From the NCBI GenBank assembly GCA_021777565.1, contig JAJYDJ010000002.1, forward strand, positions 197,082 to 261,081: a stretch of 64,000 bases of DNA, read 5' to 3'. This stretch comes from a bacterium (GTDB lineage Bacteria; Patescibacteriota; Microgenomatia; Levybacterales; UBA12049). The notes under the pieces are model-generated. The model was not told where the DNA came from, did no database searches, and saw nothing but the letters and a program-made list of their open reading frames with translations. This document shows, one piece after another, positions 60,897-64,000 of this stretch. A program made the position numbers and the translations under genes. The stretch's first letter is position 1. Every line of letters starts with the position of its first letter.

Positions 60897-61829
60897 TTAA
60901 TTGACAACACTTTGAGGATTTCCTTGGCAGACCGCAATTACATTCTCAACCCACATGGTCATAAGATTATCAAGGGATTGTTGAGTGAACCAGGCAACAG
61001 TTACTGATGGCCAAACATTTCCCACGTATTCAGATACCGGTTTAGCATTGTCACCTTCAAATGCATACCCGCTAATTTTATTCTCAGCAACTAACTTTAG
61101 AAGGTAGTCTTCGTCAAATATGACTTTTATTCTGTTCAATCCAATGAATAATGCATCTTTACGAAGTAAGTCAAGCTTGTCATTCCCAAGTAGTCCTTTC
61201 GTTTCGTTGTTTTCTATGAGTGCGGGGATAATTATCTGAGATGACTTTAATAGTTCATCAAGCTCTTTGTACTCAAAACGATCATCTCGAGACGACTTAG
61301 ACCAATACGTTACGTTGGCGCCAAGTCCTTGAAAATTTTCTGCAATTCTTTTCCCAATTCGTCCAAGTCCAATAATGCCGACAGTACTTCCTCTTATTTG
61401 AAGTGGTTGTGTGTCCCAATTGATCTGCCAATTATTTTTCATGTGAAGAGGTATCCTTCTAGCAATCTGCATACTCAATGCTACTGCGTATTCAGCAACA
61501 GAATCTGTTGAAAATCCTGCACAGTTAATTGCAAGAATACCCTTCTCTTTAAGAAGTACTGGCTTGATCCAATCATAAGAAGTAGATGATGTAACAACTG
61601 CTTTTACATTTTTAACAAGTTCACCGAGTGATTCAACATCAAGATCCCATTCAAACGCATCGGGATCAACTGCAAGGACTTTGTCTTCAGTGTCAGTTTG
61701 CAAGGCTTGAATATCTGCAAGTTTTCCTTTATGCGAAATGGTGATTACTTCTCCAAAATCTTTTAACTTCTCAATTGCGTCTTTAGGTAAAAGAGGTATA
61801 TCTCCAGGATAGATAAAATATATATGCAT
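60897..61829 (-). CDS. D-2-hydroxyacid dehydrogenase-like NAD(P)-binding protein
   Basis: SVAEYA, GIIGLGRIG, ETKGLL; start at ATG 61829. Confidence 0.85.
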   Translation of the reverse strand: MHIYFIYPGDIPLLPKDAIEKLKDFGEVITISHKGKLADIQALQTDTEDKVLAVDPDAFEWDLDVESLGELVKNVKAVVTSSTSYDWIKPVLLKEKGILAINCAGFSTDSVAEYAVALSMQIARRIPLHMKNNWQINWDTQPLQIRGSTVGIIGLGRIGKRIAENFQGLGANVTYWSKSSRDDRFEYKELDELLKSSQIIIPALIENNETKGLLGNDKLDLLRKDALFIGLNRIKVIFDEDYLLKLVAENKISGYAFEGDNAKPVSEYVGNVWPSVTVAWFTQQSLDNLMTMWVENVIAVCQGNPQSVVN

Positions 61830-61833
61830 ACTA

Positions 61834-62691
61834 TTATTTAATTTTAACAGTTGTGATGTAAATTGCAATTATGATTTCTACAGCACCAATAATAAAAAGA
61901 AGTGTCGGTATCTCTTTAAAGAAAATAAGACCCAAGAGTGCTCCAACAATTGGTTCAAGCATCAAAATCATAGTGCCGGTACCGGCAGAGACAGTAAGAA
62001 AACCTTTATTTGTTAAGTAATATGCGGCAAAATTAAAGACGCCAAAAATGAGGATTAACATGCCATTGAACGGATTTAAGTGAATAGCTTGATGTTCCAA
62101 GAAGATGGCGCCAAATGCACTCGTAAGCATTGCTATGCTGACACTCCAGAAAGTTATACTCTCTGGAGAATATCCTCTCTTAAGAAGAACACGGCTCCCA
62201 ATCACATATATCCCAAAACAGGTTGATGCTAAGAATGCGAGTGTATTCCCCCAAAGGTACTGTCCAAGCTGTGTGGGATTAAATATCAAAATTAAAACAC
62301 AGAAAAGGAGCACCATGGCAATTGCAAGATTTTTTGTAATCTTCTCTTTTAAAATGAAAGCAGCCAGAATGCCAGTTATGATGGGGTAGGACGAAAAGAT
62401 AAATACAACGTTACCAATAGTACTATGGTAAATTGCATAAGTATAAAGCATGATCTGAAGCCCATATCCAACGACGCCCATGATCAAGATGACCAGATAG
62501 TCACTTTTTGTCTTAAGCAATAGATTTTGTTTTTTTTGGATAGTTACTGCTCCCATGAGTGCGCAGGCGATAATGAGGCGTAAAAATGTCTGCCCAAAAG
62601 GGGCTAAATCTGTGCTCAGAAATCGCACAAGTATGCCCATTGAGCCATAGCAACACGCTGCCAGAACTAAATAAAGGTAACCTTTTTTCAT
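61834..62691 (-). CDS. DMT/EamA family transporter
   Basis: About 10 TM segments in two repeats; FILKEKI, LEPIVG...FKE. Confidence 0.92.
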   Translation of the reverse strand: MKKGYLYLVLAACCYGSMGILVRFLSTDLAPFGQTFLRLIIACALMGAVTIQKKQNLLLKTKSDYLVILIMGVVGYGLQIMLYTYAIYHSTIGNVVFIFSSYPIITGILAAFILKEKITKNLAIAMVLLFCVLILIFNPTQLGQYLWGNTLAFLASTCFGIYVIGSRVLLKRGYSPESITFWSVSIAMLTSAFGAIFLEHQAIHLNPFNGMLILIFGVFNFAAYYLTNKGFLTVSAGTGTMILMLEPIVGALLGLIFFKEIPTLLFIIGAVEIIIAIYITTVKIK

Positions 62692-62733
62692 AAGAAGAAG
62701 TTTACAAGAGTGGGTAGGAGTTGTATAATTGAC

Positions 62734-62749
62734 GTCGGATATGTCCGAC
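62734..62749. promoter_or_regulatory. Palindromic operator candidate over the TrmB-like start codon
   Basis: GTCGGA-TATG-TCCGAC. Confidence 0.45.
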
Positions 62750-63544
62750 AGGTCATTACAACTGCAACTAGAGTCCTTTGGTCTTCATGAAATTGAAGCA
62801 AAAATTTATCTGTATTTGGTTAATAAGGAACCACAGACGATATTAGAGATAGCTCGTGCACTAGGGCTTCCAAGGACCTCAATATATGATAACAGTACTA
62901 AATTGCTGGAGAAAGGGTTAGTTCGCAAAGAGATTGGATACAAAACCCAGAAATTTCAGGCGGCACCACTAGCCATGATAGAGGGTCTCATCGATAAAGA
63001 AAGGGAGAGAATAACCCAGATGGAAGATGATTTGAGTAAGCTTCAGCAAAATCTTGCACATGCATTTATACCGAATGCAACAACACAGGTCAGATATTAT
63101 CATGGCGTTCAAGGATTTCAGCAAATGATGTGGAATGCACTCGATGCTGAGAAAGAGTTAATTGGGTATTCACAATTCGGCCGGGTAGAGGTGGTGGGTG
63201 AGAAATTTGCACTCAGGCACCACGAGGAAACTAAAAATCGGAAGTTAGTTGATAGAGTGATTACAAATCCAAGAAAGGATATTATCGACTTTCTAAGTCT
63301 ACCTATAGAAATCGAGAGAAGAACGTATCAACATATTCGTTTTGTCGATCAAAAAGATTTATATGTCTCTGGAGATGTAACGATTTACAACAACGTGTTT
63401 GCTGTGTGTTACTGGCAACAAGGAGAAGTCGTTGGGGTTGAAATTGAAAATGCGGAATTAGTTAAGCAACAGAAAAGTATTTTTGAACAAATGTGGCAGA
63501 TTGCACAACCGTGGGATTCTTATTTGCTAAGTGAAAATTTGTAG
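62741..63544 (+). CDS. TrmB-family transcriptional regulator
   Basis: FGLHEIEAKIYLYL, HTH EIARALGLPRTSIY, C-terminal VRYYHG...IEN...FEQMW. Confidence 0.88.
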   Translation: MSDRSLQLQLESFGLHEIEAKIYLYLVNKEPQTILEIARALGLPRTSIYDNSTKLLEKGLVRKEIGYKTQKFQAAPLAMIEGLIDKERERITQMEDDLSKLQQNLAHAFIPNATTQVRYYHGVQGFQQMMWNALDAEKELIGYSQFGRVEVVGEKFALRHHEETKNRKLVDRVITNPRKDIIDFLSLPIEIERRTYQHIRFVDQKDLYVSGDVTIYNNVFAVCYWQQGEVVGVEIENAELVKQQKSIFEQMWQIAQPWDSYLLSENL

Positions 63545-63945
63545 TCGTTGAAGTGGTACTTCATCCTGAGTTTAGAAATATTCAGTGACAGGTAGGAATT
63601 TATAGTAGGATCATCGATAGTTTTGTTTTTCCCAATCTTTTTTACTGCTTGTTGCAACAACTCAACGTATACGAGAAATCTTTCCAGAGCTTGTTGTTGA
63701 AACTCAGATAATTCTTTAATTTTGATTTTTTCGATAATCTGTTCAATTGGTGTATCAACATTTCTTTGGAAATAATGCAATCTGTTGCGAAAGGTTGCCA
63801 GACTCCTTTTGTACAGTTCCTGGTCAAGTTCTTGTGCTTTTTTGCGATTGCCAATAACTTCTTGAAAGCCTGCCATCATGAGGAGTTTGGTTCTATCAAT
63901 CATTGATCCGCCAGCACTGTCTTTCTCTGGGACAGAAATATTCAT
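63520..63945 (-). CDS. Hypothetical protein
   Basis: 141-aa ORF converging on the TrmB gene; no motif. Confidence 0.45.
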   Translation of the reverse strand: MNISVPEKDSAGGSMIDRTKLLMMAGFQEVIGNRKKAQELDQELYKRSLATFRNRLHYFQRNVDTPIEQIIEKIKIKELSEFQQQALERFLVYVELLQQAVKKIGKNKTIDDPTINSYLSLNISKLRMKYHFNDYKFSLSK

Positions 63946-64000
63946 AATTTCATTTTGTGCACGAGCAATTGAGGGGAGAAAACAAGCAAGTGCACCCTCA

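Overview
Core-genome window of an AT-rich bacterium that looks like Patescibacteria/CPR, probably Microgenomates-like (inferred from the missing rpmD, extended r-proteins and gene content). It holds the 3' part of rpoC and a str operon broken up by inserted accessory genes (rpsL-rpsG / fusA / tuf / rpsJ). It continues through the S10-spc-alpha cluster to rplQ-rplM-rpsI, then tRNA-Pro(GGG), recA-recX-rny, HU, an ABC exporter, RNase P RNA, a UvrD-nuclease fusion, rmuC, tsaD, serS, prmC, secA, a ClpB with no N-domain under a CIRCE, and a TrmB/DMT/dehydrogenase module. I saw no mobile element or CRISPR. The most notable signals are regulatory: (1) about 20 genes have a -10 box exactly 6 nt before the start codon, suggesting leaderless mRNAs; (2) a promoter, structured leader and terminator lie between rpsJ and rplC; (3) a cloverleaf-like RNA lies in the rny 5' UTR; (4) there is a stand-alone 26-aa K/R/T micro-gene and a 38-aa membrane micro-gene, both missed by the ORF track; (5) one gene probably starts at ATT; (6) a long heptad-repeat hairpin lies between rpoA and rplQ.
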